A DNA stretch of 64,000 nucleotides from an uncultured Chloroflexota bacterium. GTDB lineage: Bacteria > Chloroflexota > Dehalococcoidia > Lucifugimonadales > CAJXCD01. The DNA is taken from the NCBI GenBank assembly GCA_913051545.1, contig CAJXCD010000002.1:152220-216219 (forward strand), in the 5' to 3' direction. The position numbers and the translations under genes were made by a program. Positions 35,416 through 45,293 of this stretch are shown in pieces. Numbering within the stretch: the stretch's first letter is position 1; each line of letters begins with the position of its first letter. The notes under the pieces were generated by a model that worked only from the letters and a program-made list of their open reading frames with translations, ran no database searches and was not told the origin of the DNA.

Positions 35416-37506
35416 ATGTCTACTCAAAGACGGTCAGTGTCAGAGATTTTTGATCTTGTCGAGACAGGGTCTATTGATACCATAGCAGGATCTGGATATA
35501 GCGTGGATGTACCAGCTAAAGAGGCTGATGCAGGCTGGCCTCATGGTGTTGTTAGATTGCCTGATGGGGATATCATAGTGTGTGACAGTGTTGCACATAG
35601 GCTATGGAGAATTGATCAGGAAGGGATACTCCGTGCATTTGCAGGAGATGGAGTCCCAGGTTGTAACGGCGATGGGGGCCCAGCAGTTGAAGCCCGATTG
35701 TATATGCCGCATGATATTTATGTAGACAATAAGGGTAATGTATACGTTGCTCAAATTGGCGATTATGGGACTACCTATGTCGACAATACAATTCGACGCA
35801 TCGATTATGAGACAGGAATAATTACCCGTATCGCAGGTTCTGGCAGGGCAGGTTTTGGTGGCGATGGAGGACCAGCTCTAAACGCTGAATTCCATATCAC
35901 GTGTGGTGTGGCAGCAGACGAACGTGGTAACGTTTTTGCTTGTGGCAAATCTCACAATAATGTCAGAAAGATTGATGCGGAAACCGGTGTTATAGAAGCT
36001 TTTGCAGGCGATCCTGGTAACAGAGCTGGATTTAATGGTGATGGGTTACCAGCACTCGAATCAGTTTTCAGTGGTCCTGAGCATCTGGCTTTTGATTCTC
36101 AGGGTAGCCTTTATATATGTGACAACGATAATAATCGTATCAGGAAACTAGACTCTGATACGGGCATAGTTACCACAGTTTTAGGTAATGGTCAGGCATC
36201 TTCTAGCGGTGACGGAGGTTTGGCTACTGAAGCTAGTACGAATAAGCCTGATGCCCTTTGCATAGATTCGAATGACAACGTTTACGTAGGTGAAGTACAA
36301 GGGTTTAGGATCAGGAAGGTGGATGCCGCGACCGGAGTCGTTAAAACACTTGTCGGAAATGGTGTGCCAGGATGGGGAGAAGAAGGCAAACTAGGTTCTG
36401 AGACCAAAACAAATGCTATAGAAGCCGGTATATGGGCGGATGACGATGGAACTGTATTGTGGGGGGACGCATCGGGTCGGCTTCGTCAATACGATAGTGT
36501 CACTGAGTTAGTAACTACGCTTTTTGGTGGAACTACCATTCATGATAATGAATCTGCGCAAAAAGCTTACCTGTGTATACCAACAGCAGTGGCCTTGAAT
36601 TCATTAGGGGATATATACATTGCAGACACAAAGAGCCAGAGAATTAGGGTTGTGGATGCAAAGACTGGTTTAATTCGTACGATTGCTGGCAACGGAGCCA
36701 GGTGTTATGGAGGTGATAATGGCCCTGCTACAGAAGCATATATAGGAAATCCCAGTGATATCTCTTTAGATAGTCAGGAACGGGTTGTTTTTGTAGACGG
36801 CATAGGTCAGAGGTTGCGCAGAATTGATAGAGACGGTGTGATTACCACAGTGGCTGGTGTAGGTGAAGCATCTGGTCGTGGAATCGGAGGGCCGGCTTCA
36901 AGTGTTAGTTTTTTCAGTCTGAGGTGTTTCGAACATGGCTTAGACGATGATATGTATGTTGGTGACGGAATAGGTCTTATAAGTCGGATTGATAAAAAAA
37001 CAGGTCTGATACAACAGATTTCCGGTGATGGTGTACATGGATATTCCGGTGATGATAGGTCAGCCTTAAATGCACGGATAGGTATACCTTCTTCGATAGC
37101 CGTTGATTTAGATGGCAACGTCTATTTTACAGACAGTTCATATCATGTTGTGAGACGCATAGATACGAACGGGATTATCACGACCTTGGCTGGGACAGGG
37201 GAAGCCGGATGTTCTCCTTCCGGTACCGCAGCGAGTGATGCCTTGTTATATAGACCGCAGGGGATTGCGGTTAACGCAGAAGGCAGGATATGCTTTTCAG
37301 ACACATTTAACAACAGAGTTTGTGAAATAACCTCGGATGGGATATTAAACACTGTTGCAGGGAGTGATACTCCAGGAGATTTTGGTGACGGATCGTCAGC
37401 TATTTATGCTGGACTGAACCGCCCAACCGGATTAAGATTCCATGGTCTGGAGATACTGCTTTTATGTGATAGCCTGAATAACCGTGTCAGATGTATTAAA
37501 TTGTAA
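35416..37506 (+). CDS. NHL-type repeat protein, about 12 blades (probable double beta-propeller)
   Basis: About 12 repeats of AG.G..G..GDGGPA..A.l..P..i.vD..GNvYvaD..n.RIRkID..TG.i.T. No signal peptide. Confidence 0.75.
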   Translation: MSTQRRSVSEIFDLVETGSIDTIAGSGYSVDVPAKEADAGWPHGVVRLPDGDIIVCDSVAHRLWRIDQEGILRAFAGDGVPGCNGDGGPAVEARLYMPHDIYVDNKGNVYVAQIGDYGTTYVDNTIRRIDYETGIITRIAGSGRAGFGGDGGPALNAEFHITCGVAADERGNVFACGKSHNNVRKIDAETGVIEAFAGDPGNRAGFNGDGLPALESVFSGPEHLAFDSQGSLYICDNDNNRIRKLDSDTGIVTTVLGNGQASSSGDGGLATEASTNKPDALCIDSNDNVYVGEVQGFRIRKVDAATGVVKTLVGNGVPGWGEEGKLGSETKTNAIEAGIWADDDGTVLWGDASGRLRQYDSVTELVTTLFGGTTIHDNESAQKAYLCIPTAVALNSLGDIYIADTKSQRIRVVDAKTGLIRTIAGNGARCYGGDNGPATEAYIGNPSDISLDSQERVVFVDGIGQRLRRIDRDGVITTVAGVGEASGRGIGGPASSVSFFSLRCFEHGLDDDMYVGDGIGLISRIDKKTGLIQQISGDGVHGYSGDDRSALNARIGIPSSIAVDLDGNVYFTDSSYHVVRRIDTNGIITTLAGTGEAGCSPSGTAASDALLYRPQGIAVNAEGRICFSDTFNNRVCEITSDGILNTVAGSDTPGDFGDGSSAIYAGLNRPTGLRFHGLEILLLCDSLNNRVRCIKL

Positions 37507-37511
37507 AGGTT

Positions 37512-38432
37512 TTAAACCCATCCCAGCTTCTTCATAGCAGTTCTAAGGATTTCTATTTCAGATTCATTTAAAGGTTCTGTGGGTAGTCTTGGTGGCCCAG
37601 ATGGATGTCCGACTATATCCATCATGCCCTTTGCAAGTCTATATCCACCTCCTGTTTTACTGGTCTCTGCTGAAACGGCTGCGAATGTACTCGAGATTCT
37701 GTCCTTGAGTTCCTGTGCTTCTTCGTACTTTCCAGATTCAGCTAGATCCCATACTTTCAATTCATCAGCAGCATATGCAGGAGCGAAAGCACTCACGGTT
37801 CCTTTTCCGCCGTTTTTGTGGCATCTTACGGTCTGTCCTGAATTGTCTATAACATTGAATATGTGTGAAAATTCAGTCATCTTGTCGTACCCATCAGCAT
37901 CCGGGTAATTCCACTTCACGGCCGCAACGTGTTCGGCGTCTTCTAATTTAAGCATGGTATCCGGCTCAATGGGGGCGCATCCAAACCAGAAAGTGTTATA
38001 GATCATTATGCCTATGTCAATTGCATCTGAAATCATGGTGAAGTGTTTAACGTACTGGTCTTGATTCGGGGCGTGATTATAGGGCAATTCTATCTGCAGA
38101 CTTTTTGCACCTAGGTCCTGCGCTTTTTTCGCATCTTCTATGGTCCTAATGGTGTCTTTGGATTGCAGTCCGCACATTATATTTGCATCAGAACCTGCAG
38201 TTTTAACTACTCTATCGAGTAGGCTTGGCCATTCACTCTCTGACAGGTCTGGGCCCTGACCCCAGGCGGAGCAGAGTTTGATCATGGAGCGGCTTGTTCC
38301 AAGTCCAACCGACAACCACCATTGCGTCAACTCTTCAGCTGTTTCGAGGTCAAGTTTGTAGTTGTCATCAAACGGGGTAGGAACTGCTACGGACACCCCT
38401 CTCATTATCTCTTTTAATTCGCTTCGATTCAT
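37512..38432 (-). CDS. dihydrodipicolinate synthase family (class I aldolase) protein
   Basis: GVSVAVPTPFDD..., GAKSLQIELPY, and the candidate catalytic lysine in VAAVKWNYP. Confidence 0.7.
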   Translation of the reverse strand: MNRSELKEIMRGVSVAVPTPFDDNYKLDLETAEELTQWWLSVGLGTSRSMIKLCSAWGQGPDLSESEWPSLLDRVVKTAGSDANIMCGLQSKDTIRTIEDAKKAQDLGAKSLQIELPYNHAPNQDQYVKHFTMISDAIDIGIMIYNTFWFGCAPIEPDTMLKLEDAEHVAAVKWNYPDADGYDKMTEFSHIFNVIDNSGQTVRCHKNGGKGTVSAFAPAYAADELKVWDLAESGKYEEAQELKDRISSTFAAVSAETSKTGGGYRLAKGMMDIVGHPSGPPRLPTEPLNESEIEILRTAMKKLGWV

Positions 38433-38624
38433 TGATGTTTCTCCTGTAAATTATGTTCTAGGAAGGTATCACTATATATATTCCAATACAAGGTGTTGTA
38501 CTGGCAAAACAGTGATACAATCCCACAAATTTGTTAATAGATGCTCATAAGGCTGGGGACATAATTTATATAGACTACTTGCGAATATGATAAGTAGATC
38601 GATGTTTTATTCAGGGGTAAAGGA

Positions 38625-39416
38625 ATGCTTACTAATTATCAGAAAGATCACTTTGACTCGTTTGGTTTTTTGGTTTTGAAGAGCGTGTTTTCTTCTGACG
38701 AAATTCAATCTATCAGGGAGGCCTCTCTAGATGTTATTAGGCAAGAAGGTGGTGAGAGAGGTTTATCAGGAGAACGATATGCTTTAATGGGATTTATGGA
38801 GCGCCATCCAAACCTCTATGGTTTGGTAGACGACGATCGCATTCACGAAATTCCTGAAACCCTACTCGGATCCGATTTTTTTCTGAGTTCCACTGATGGA
38901 CATATAAGGAGTGGGGATACTCCATGGCACGGAATAGATCTTGAAACTTATGCCGGAACTTATTCAGAACGACCCAATGTCCGAGTATGTTTGTACTTTG
39001 ACGAGTTGAACAAAGAAAACGGTGCACTACGGGTGATACCTGGTTCACACAAGAGACCGTTTGCCGACTCTCTCCAAGGTTTATCGAAATTAGAAAATGA
39101 ACCTGATTACCCCCTCTTTGGAGTCAAGCCTCAGGATATGCCATGTACAGTTTTAGATACTAAACCAGGTGATGTTGTAATTTTTACTGAAACTGTTTTT
39201 CATGCCTCATTCGGCGGATCTGCACGGTTGCAAATTACAGCACAATTTGGGGCAAGTCCAGTTTCAGATGAGGAAATTTTACATTTAAGGGAACTTCATG
39301 ACGAGTTTAACTGGTCCCTACATCCAACTGAGTCTTACATAAACAGTGACAGACCCAGGATACGCAGGATGGTGTCACCTCTAGTGGAGATGGGATTTAG
39401 TTCGCTGCCTGTTTAG
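38625..39416 (+). CDS. phytanoyl-CoA dioxygenase (PhyH) family protein
   Basis: FDSFGFLVLKSVFS, a WHGID region, LRVIPGSHKRP and VFHASFGG. Confidence 0.7.
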   Translation: MLTNYQKDHFDSFGFLVLKSVFSSDEIQSIREASLDVIRQEGGERGLSGERYALMGFMERHPNLYGLVDDDRIHEIPETLLGSDFFLSSTDGHIRSGDTPWHGIDLETYAGTYSERPNVRVCLYFDELNKENGALRVIPGSHKRPFADSLQGLSKLENEPDYPLFGVKPQDMPCTVLDTKPGDVVIFTETVFHASFGGSARLQITAQFGASPVSDEEILHLRELHDEFNWSLHPTESYINSDRPRIRRMVSPLVEMGFSSLPV

Positions 39417-39532
39417 AGTGAAATTATTAGCTTGGAATTAGTACGGACAGGGATCTATTCATAGCTTCAGGTACCTTATCGGTACACAAAAATAAAATTG
39501 ATCTTACACTGGATTTCGATTTAGGAGCATAT

Positions 39533-40444
39533 ATGGGTATTAAATTTGGTGGTATAGAATCCGGTGGTACGAAATTTGTGTGTGCTATAGGATCAGGTCC
39601 CGACGACTTGACGGAAGTAAAAATCATACCTACAGGTAAGCCTGACGAAACTATCAGTGAAGTGATCGAATTTTTTGATCCGTTCAATTCTAATGATTCT
39701 CTGGAAGCGATCGGGATATCCAGCTTTGGGCCATTGGATTTAGACCATGATTCAGCAACTCACGGTTATATAAAAGCCACGCCTCATAGAGAAACAGCTA
39801 AAAAAGATTGGGTGGAAATAGACTTACTAGGTCCTATTAAAAGGGCGATAAATGTCCCTATAACACTGGATACTGATGTAAACGGAGCCGCTATAGGTGA
39901 ACATAGGTGGGGAGCAGGAAATGGATATGACAACCTCATCTATATAACAGTGGGAACTGGTGTGGGCGGTGGTGCTATTGTTAATGGTCGTATTGCTCAC
40001 GGTTTGATACATCCTGAGATGGGGCATATGAGAGTCCCTCACGATTGGAAAGCTGATCCATTTCCAGGCAGATGCCCATTTCACGGAGATTGCGTTCAAG
40101 GATTAGCAAATGCTCCTGCGATTGAAGAGCGATGGGGTGCGAGGTGCGATGAGTTACCTGATGATCATCCGGCATGGGATTTAGAGGCATATTATCTTTC
40201 CTTAATGGTTTCCAATCTCGTTTTTTCTCTATCTCCTGAGATTCTTATTTTGGGTGGCGGCGTGATGCAAAGAAATCAATTGATCACAAAAATACAGGCA
40301 AATGTCAGTAAATTTTTAGGGGGATATGTCCAGTCAGATAGAGTGATTAATAACATTGACTCATTTGTGGTTCTTCCTGGTTTGGGATCTATGTCAGGTG
40401 TACTGGGAGGTATCGCAATGGCTCAAGATTTAGTCAGGGATTAA
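39533..40444 (+). CDS. ROK family sugar kinase, fructokinase-like (GmuE/Mak type)
   Basis: The N-terminal GGIESGGTKFVCAIG, DTDVNGAAIGE, GTGVGGG, and the zinc motif HPEMGHMRV...CPFHGDCVQGL, typical of ROK fructokinases. Confidence 0.75.
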   Translation: MGIKFGGIESGGTKFVCAIGSGPDDLTEVKIIPTGKPDETISEVIEFFDPFNSNDSLEAIGISSFGPLDLDHDSATHGYIKATPHRETAKKDWVEIDLLGPIKRAINVPITLDTDVNGAAIGEHRWGAGNGYDNLIYITVGTGVGGGAIVNGRIAHGLIHPEMGHMRVPHDWKADPFPGRCPFHGDCVQGLANAPAIEERWGARCDELPDDHPAWDLEAYYLSLMVSNLVFSLSPEILILGGGVMQRNQLITKIQANVSKFLGGYVQSDRVINNIDSFVVLPGLGSMSGVLGGIAMAQDLVRD

Positions 40445-40529
40445 ATGGAATCAAATTGAGTATATGCTTCAGCTGCTAATTTATTGAAATTCCGGGCATA
40501 GGACGCAGTTACAAATTTAGGAGATAATA

Positions 40530-41750
40530 TTGTCTGAACAGGATCTGAAATCTAATACGAAATCACCTTTGTCATCACTAAAAATAATTTCTTTTGAGCA
40601 GTATGGTGCTGGTCCCTGGGGTACTATGCATTTGGCAGATATGGGTGCAGAAATCATTAAGGTAGAAGATCCGTCCACAGGTGGTGATATAGCTAGACAT
40701 GTTCCGCCTTATACTTCAGGTGATGATAGTCTGTATTTCCAGAGTTTTAATAGAAATAAGAAAAGCATAACGTTGGATATGAGACATGAAGAGTCAGTAT
40801 CGATTCTCCACCGTCTTGTTAAGTCAGTCGATGGTGTCTTTAACAATTTAAGAGGGGATATTCCCTCGAAATTGGGGTTGGATTATGAATCACTTGGTCC
40901 TGTTAATCCCTCTATAGTGTGTTGCTCGCTTTCTGCTTTTGGAAACACTGGGTCTAGATCTTCTGAACCTGGATACGACTATGTTATGCAGGCGTATGCA
41001 GGATGGATGAGCATAACAGGCGACCCTGAATCTCCTCCCCAAAAGGCTGGTCTTTCACTGGTTGATTATAGTGCCGGAGTTTTAGCATCTTTGGGTATGA
41101 TGGGTGCTATTTTCAGAGCCAGAGAGTCTGGAATAGGCTGCAATGTAGAATTGTCTCTATTTGACAATGCAATATCACATCTTAGCTATATTGGAACATG
41201 GGCGTTAACCAGCGGATACGAGCCACGCAGATGGCCCGATTCGGCTCATCCATCACAGGTGCCATCACAGTCTTTACCAACGAGTGATGGGTGGATTGTA
41301 ATTATGTGCGCCAAAGAGCATTTTTTTCGAGAACTCTTGGATGTATTAGGATTAACTAAACTTGAGAATGATTCGAGGTTTCAAAGTTTTAGTGGCAGAC
41401 TCGAGAATCGGCAGGAGTTGTCCTCTATTCTGAAAGAGGTTACCGTGACGAAGACTACATCAGAGTGGATCAATTTAATGAAAGGTAGAGTGCCTTGTGG
41501 TCCAGTTAATACAGTTCAGCAGGCACTATCGGATCATCAAGTAGAAGAAGATGACATGATAATCGAATCTGAGCATCCAACTCTTGGCTCCGTTCGTCAT
41601 ATTGCCGGGCCAATAAAATTTCGGGATGGTATCACTTATACCCACACCTCTAGTCCTTCTCTAGGGGAGCATACGAGTCAGGTGTTGAGGGATTATGCTG
41701 AGGCTACAGGCGATGAGATTAATGAGTGGAAATCTCGGGGCTTAATTTAA
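40530..41750 (+). CDS. family III CoA-transferase (CaiB/BaiF)
   Basis: LKIISFEQYGAGPWGTMHLADMGAEIIKVEDP..GD, then FNRNKKSITLD. 406 aa with a TTG start and a TAGGAG RBS. Confidence 0.8.
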   Translation: MSEQDLKSNTKSPLSSLKIISFEQYGAGPWGTMHLADMGAEIIKVEDPSTGGDIARHVPPYTSGDDSLYFQSFNRNKKSITLDMRHEESVSILHRLVKSVDGVFNNLRGDIPSKLGLDYESLGPVNPSIVCCSLSAFGNTGSRSSEPGYDYVMQAYAGWMSITGDPESPPQKAGLSLVDYSAGVLASLGMMGAIFRARESGIGCNVELSLFDNAISHLSYIGTWALTSGYEPRRWPDSAHPSQVPSQSLPTSDGWIVIMCAKEHFFRELLDVLGLTKLENDSRFQSFSGRLENRQELSSILKEVTVTKTTSEWINLMKGRVPCGPVNTVQQALSDHQVEEDDMIIESEHPTLGSVRHIAGPIKFRDGITYTHTSSPSLGEHTSQVLRDYAEATGDEINEWKSRGLI

Positions 41751-41784
41751 CGTACTTGGAATACGCTTAACAGGAGATATTATT

Positions 41785-43284
41785 GTGATAAAAATAGGTT
41801 CCAGGCGGGAACTATTTATTGATGAAATTTTGATTGATCGTTTAGATAATGTTTCATTCAAATTTCATGAACCGATCCCAGCTGGTATAGCTGTGAAGTA
41901 CGACCTTTCACATGAGAGCTCAATAGCCTTTTATACTACTGTTATTAAGGACAACGATCTGTTTCGAATGTATTACCGTGGCACTAACCTCGCATTTAAC
42001 CCCACCAAATTTCCTGATGACCACCTTCTCCCTTCCGGAACTTTTTATGCGGAGAGCACTGACGGAGCTAACTGGACTAAGCCCGATCTTGGAATTGTTG
42101 AAGTGAGAGGATCAAAACATAATAATGCGATTTTTCCTAGCATACCCGTGTATCCGTTTGGTCCATTTGTAGATGCCAATCCAACCGCTCATCCGGAGCA
42201 ACGGTACAAAGCTGTTGCCAGACACGTTGGTGGTTCGTTGAGACATCTTATGGCATATGCTTCTTCTGATGGCATCAATTGGAATCTGATGCAGGAAGAT
42301 CCAATAATAATGAATACGCTAGATAACAACTTTGATTCTCAAAATGTAGCCTTTTGGTCGGAAGCGGAAGGCTGCTATGTAACATATATGCGTTACATGT
42401 TAAATGGAATACGCTCTATCTCGAGAGCAGTGTCATCCGATTTTCTTAATTGGTCTGACCAGACACCTATGATGTACAGCGATACGGGAACTACTATGCC
42501 TTCTCAACACCTTTACACTAATCAAACCCAGGCATATTTTAGGGCACCTCATATTTATATCGCTATGCCGGCCAGGATTTTCTTTGGTAAAAGGCTACTT
42601 TCTCATCAACAGGCTGTGCTGTATAAAGAAGAGGTAGAGCCTATATCAGGGGGAGCTGGAGATGTGTCAGATGGAGTTTTCATGACATCTCGTGCCGGAG
42701 AGACTACCTACAATTTTCAATTCAGAGAGAGTTACGTAAGGCCAGGCATTGGTAGTAACAACTGGACGTCTCGTTCAAATTATCCTGCCGCAGGTATTGT
42801 ACAGACGGGACCGGATGAGATGTCCCTGTATGTGCATAGACAGTATGCGCTCAAGAGTGCCCACTTGCAGAGAATGACTCTCAGGTTGGATGGATTCGTA
42901 TCTCTGAATGCAAAATATGACCAGGGAGAGATAATTACAAAGACACTTACTTTTAAAGGTAGATATTTAGAAATAAACTATTCGACGAGTGCGGCTGGTT
43001 ATATAAGGATTGAGTTACAGGATGCCTCAGGTAAGACGATACCTGGTTACAGTTTGGAAGACAGTCCCTATATCATAGGTGACGAAATTTCCCGCAAGGT
43101 TGGATGGGATATTGCTGCTGTTCGTGAGCAGGATACTGACAGCGAGTCTGCATACAATGAAGGTCCTATTATTCGTGAACGCCCGAGTGATATTAGCCAT
43201 TTGGCTGATGTACCAGTTAGAATTCGTTTTGTTGTCAAAGATGCCGATCTGTACTCATTAAAATTTTGTGATAGTGACGAATAA
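41785..43284 (+). CDS. hydrolase-like beta-propeller + beta-sandwich protein, paralogue C
   Basis: RRELFIDEILIDRL, LFRMYYRG, YAESTDGANWTKPDLGIVEVRGSKHNNAIFPS, C-terminal RLDGFVSLNA, and a sandwich ending VPVRIRFVVKDADLYSLKF. Confidence 0.55.
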   Translation: MIKIGSRRELFIDEILIDRLDNVSFKFHEPIPAGIAVKYDLSHESSIAFYTTVIKDNDLFRMYYRGTNLAFNPTKFPDDHLLPSGTFYAESTDGANWTKPDLGIVEVRGSKHNNAIFPSIPVYPFGPFVDANPTAHPEQRYKAVARHVGGSLRHLMAYASSDGINWNLMQEDPIIMNTLDNNFDSQNVAFWSEAEGCYVTYMRYMLNGIRSISRAVSSDFLNWSDQTPMMYSDTGTTMPSQHLYTNQTQAYFRAPHIYIAMPARIFFGKRLLSHQQAVLYKEEVEPISGGAGDVSDGVFMTSRAGETTYNFQFRESYVRPGIGSNNWTSRSNYPAAGIVQTGPDEMSLYVHRQYALKSAHLQRMTLRLDGFVSLNAKYDQGEIITKTLTFKGRYLEINYSTSAAGYIRIELQDASGKTIPGYSLEDSPYIIGDEISRKVGWDIAAVREQDTDSESAYNEGPIIRERPSDISHLADVPVRIRFVVKDADLYSLKFCDSDE

Positions 43285-43310
43285 GGATTAAAAAATTTAG
43301 GAGAGATAAA

Positions 43311-44327
43311 ATGGATGCAAATACACCCACCTCTAAAATATCGTCAGATAGTTTGTCTGGGTTGGTCAACTTTGGAGACACAGACCTCTTGGTTTCAAAA
43401 TATTGTCAAGGTACTGCATTTGGTGTTCTAGGCAGATCATCAGACAATCCAGAAGGACAAAAAGTTCTAGAGTATTGTCTGGATGTAGGTGTGAATTTCT
43501 TTGATTCCTCCAACGGATACGGCTGGGGTGGATCTGAGATAACACTTGGAAAGGCTGTCAAGAATAGAAGGGCAGAAGCTATTATTTGTACCAAAATCGC
43601 TCCATATGAAATGCCAGATACGGAGGACGGGGATCCTATACCTGCAAAATACACAGCTGAATTTTTAACGAGTCAACTGGATGGAGCGCTTACCAGACTG
43701 GATACAGATTACATCGATTTATATATGCTTCATCATCCTATAAAGGACGTTCCATACGAGGATGTGGCACAAACTTTGGATTCTATGGTTAAGTCAGGCA
43801 AGATCCGCTACTGGGGAGTATCTAACAAGGATTCTAAACAGCTTTTGAAACTGATGGATGTATGCAGAGACGGCGGATACTATACCCCTGTGGGTTTGGA
43901 AAATTGCTACAATATTGCTAATACTCCTCAGGGTGACGAACTGTTTCCGGCCCTACTTCGTACAGGGTTAGGGTTTTTAACTTGCAGACCCCACCTTGGC
44001 GGTAATTTATTCCCTAAAGATGAAGATGTCAGCCCTGAGACACCTGCAGGCAAGCTTATTTCCACAATCGAGGAGGTGTCTGAAGAAATTGCAAAGCCTG
44101 TGACTCAGGTTTGTATAGCTTGGTCACTGTCCAATCCATCTATAACCTGTATATTGACCTGTTCTGAGAGTGAGGCACATGTAGATGACAATCAGGCGGG
44201 GACTACTCTCGAACTTCCTCAGGAAGCTCTAGACAGGCTTAGTTTGGCGAGTAAAACTTATACTGATCATAAACTGACCACACACGATCATCTGAATGGT
44301 CGATGGGTAAAAAAAGACGCGGAGTAA
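43311..44327 (+). CDS. aldo/keto reductase
   Basis: GVNFFDSSNGYGWGGSEITLGKAV, ICTKI, and IDLYMLHHP...IRYWGVSN, all AKR signature regions. Confidence 0.8.
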   Translation: MDANTPTSKISSDSLSGLVNFGDTDLLVSKYCQGTAFGVLGRSSDNPEGQKVLEYCLDVGVNFFDSSNGYGWGGSEITLGKAVKNRRAEAIICTKIAPYEMPDTEDGDPIPAKYTAEFLTSQLDGALTRLDTDYIDLYMLHHPIKDVPYEDVAQTLDSMVKSGKIRYWGVSNKDSKQLLKLMDVCRDGGYYTPVGLENCYNIANTPQGDELFPALLRTGLGFLTCRPHLGGNLFPKDEDVSPETPAGKLISTIEEVSEEIAKPVTQVCIAWSLSNPSITCILTCSESEAHVDDNQAGTTLELPQEALDRLSLASKTYTDHKLTTHDHLNGRWVKKDAE

Positions 44328-44375
44328 ACTTTCATCGATAGCTTAGTTGCTATCAGTCGAATCTTGTCGTTCTGT

Positions 44376-45293
44376 TTAGTCTAGGAATACAGGCTGTGTC
44401 CATGCCATTCCGCCAGATGATGATAAGACTGTGGCCCTCACATACCCTTCATTCCCAGTAGGACAGTACGAAGGAGTCAACCCGTCACATTGCTTTAAAA
44501 TTTTTCCGTCAAGACCACTGAAAGTTGTTTCATATACGAAATCGATACTCTGGTTTATCTCGATTTCCAGTCCGGTTTCTGACATCTGTAAGTCAAGAAA
44601 TTCCACACCGGTAGAGGCATAGAAGTTACCTGTGGACAGAGAATCTACTATAGCTTCCTTAGTCAATTCTTCGGCTCGTACAAATACCCATCCACGGCCG
44701 GGGTTGCTCATTTCATAGCTGAAGTCGTGGTAGTTATGCGAATCGTCCGAGGCTACTCCAAAAATAGTTTTTCCAGAGGTTAGTACCTTGTCCCATATAT
44801 CCGCCACACTTGGTTTCCCTGCTCCGCCAAGATTATTGGATAAGGGGTGACCGTTGAATATTTCCAACAGGCTGGCATTTTCTAACTGCTTAATTATGTT
44901 GTGATCGAATGCCCAGAAAAAATTCGGATGATTTATTGAGGCGATACCACCGGCTTCTCGGATAGCATCTACGTTAGCTTGTAAAGTGGAAAGAATATCT
45001 CCTGCATCTATTGGCTCTACCACTCGAGAGATACCTATGCCATTTATGTGTACGGGTACTGTCCCTCCCAGGATACTGGTAGTAACCTCTTCTCCTGGGA
45101 TCATTATCGGTCGAGTAACATTTTCGTTGCTGGATCCATACTCCAGGAGTGTTAGGTGGTTATGGTCGCTCAGTACCAAAAAGTCATAATCATGTTCCCT
45201 GTACCACTGGGTGACAAATTCCGGATCAGAATCTCCGTCTGATTCGTTCGTGTGTGTGTGGATGTTTCCTTTGTACCACTTAGGCTCGCCCAT
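44376..45293 (-). CDS. PHP-domain metallohydrolase (CehA/McbA-like)
   Basis: The N-terminal WYKGNIHTHTNESDGDS motif, then VLSDHN, INHP and SDDSH histidine clusters. Confidence 0.7.
   Translation of the reverse strand: MGEPKWYKGNIHTHTNESDGDSDPEFVTQWYREHDYDFLVLSDHNHLTLLEYGSSNENVTRPIMIPGEEVTTSILGGTVPVHINGIGISRVVEPIDAGDILSTLQANVDAIREAGGIASINHPNFFWAFDHNIIKQLENASLLEIFNGHPLSNNLGGAGKPSVADIWDKVLTSGKTIFGVASDDSHNYHDFSYEMSNPGRGWVFVRAEELTKEAIVDSLSTGNFYASTGVEFLDLQMSETGLEIEINQSIDFVYETTFSGLDGKILKQCDGLTPSYCPTGNEGYVRATVLSSSGGMAWTQPVFLD

Noticed and set aside
37210-37224. CSPSG in the 12-blade NHL protein resembles the FGE target motif C-x-P-x-R and lies two genes downstream of the FGE-family gene.
   Set aside because: The essential Arg is replaced by Gly and the flanking sulfatase context (LTG... 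auxiliary motif) is absent. It is most likely coincidental.
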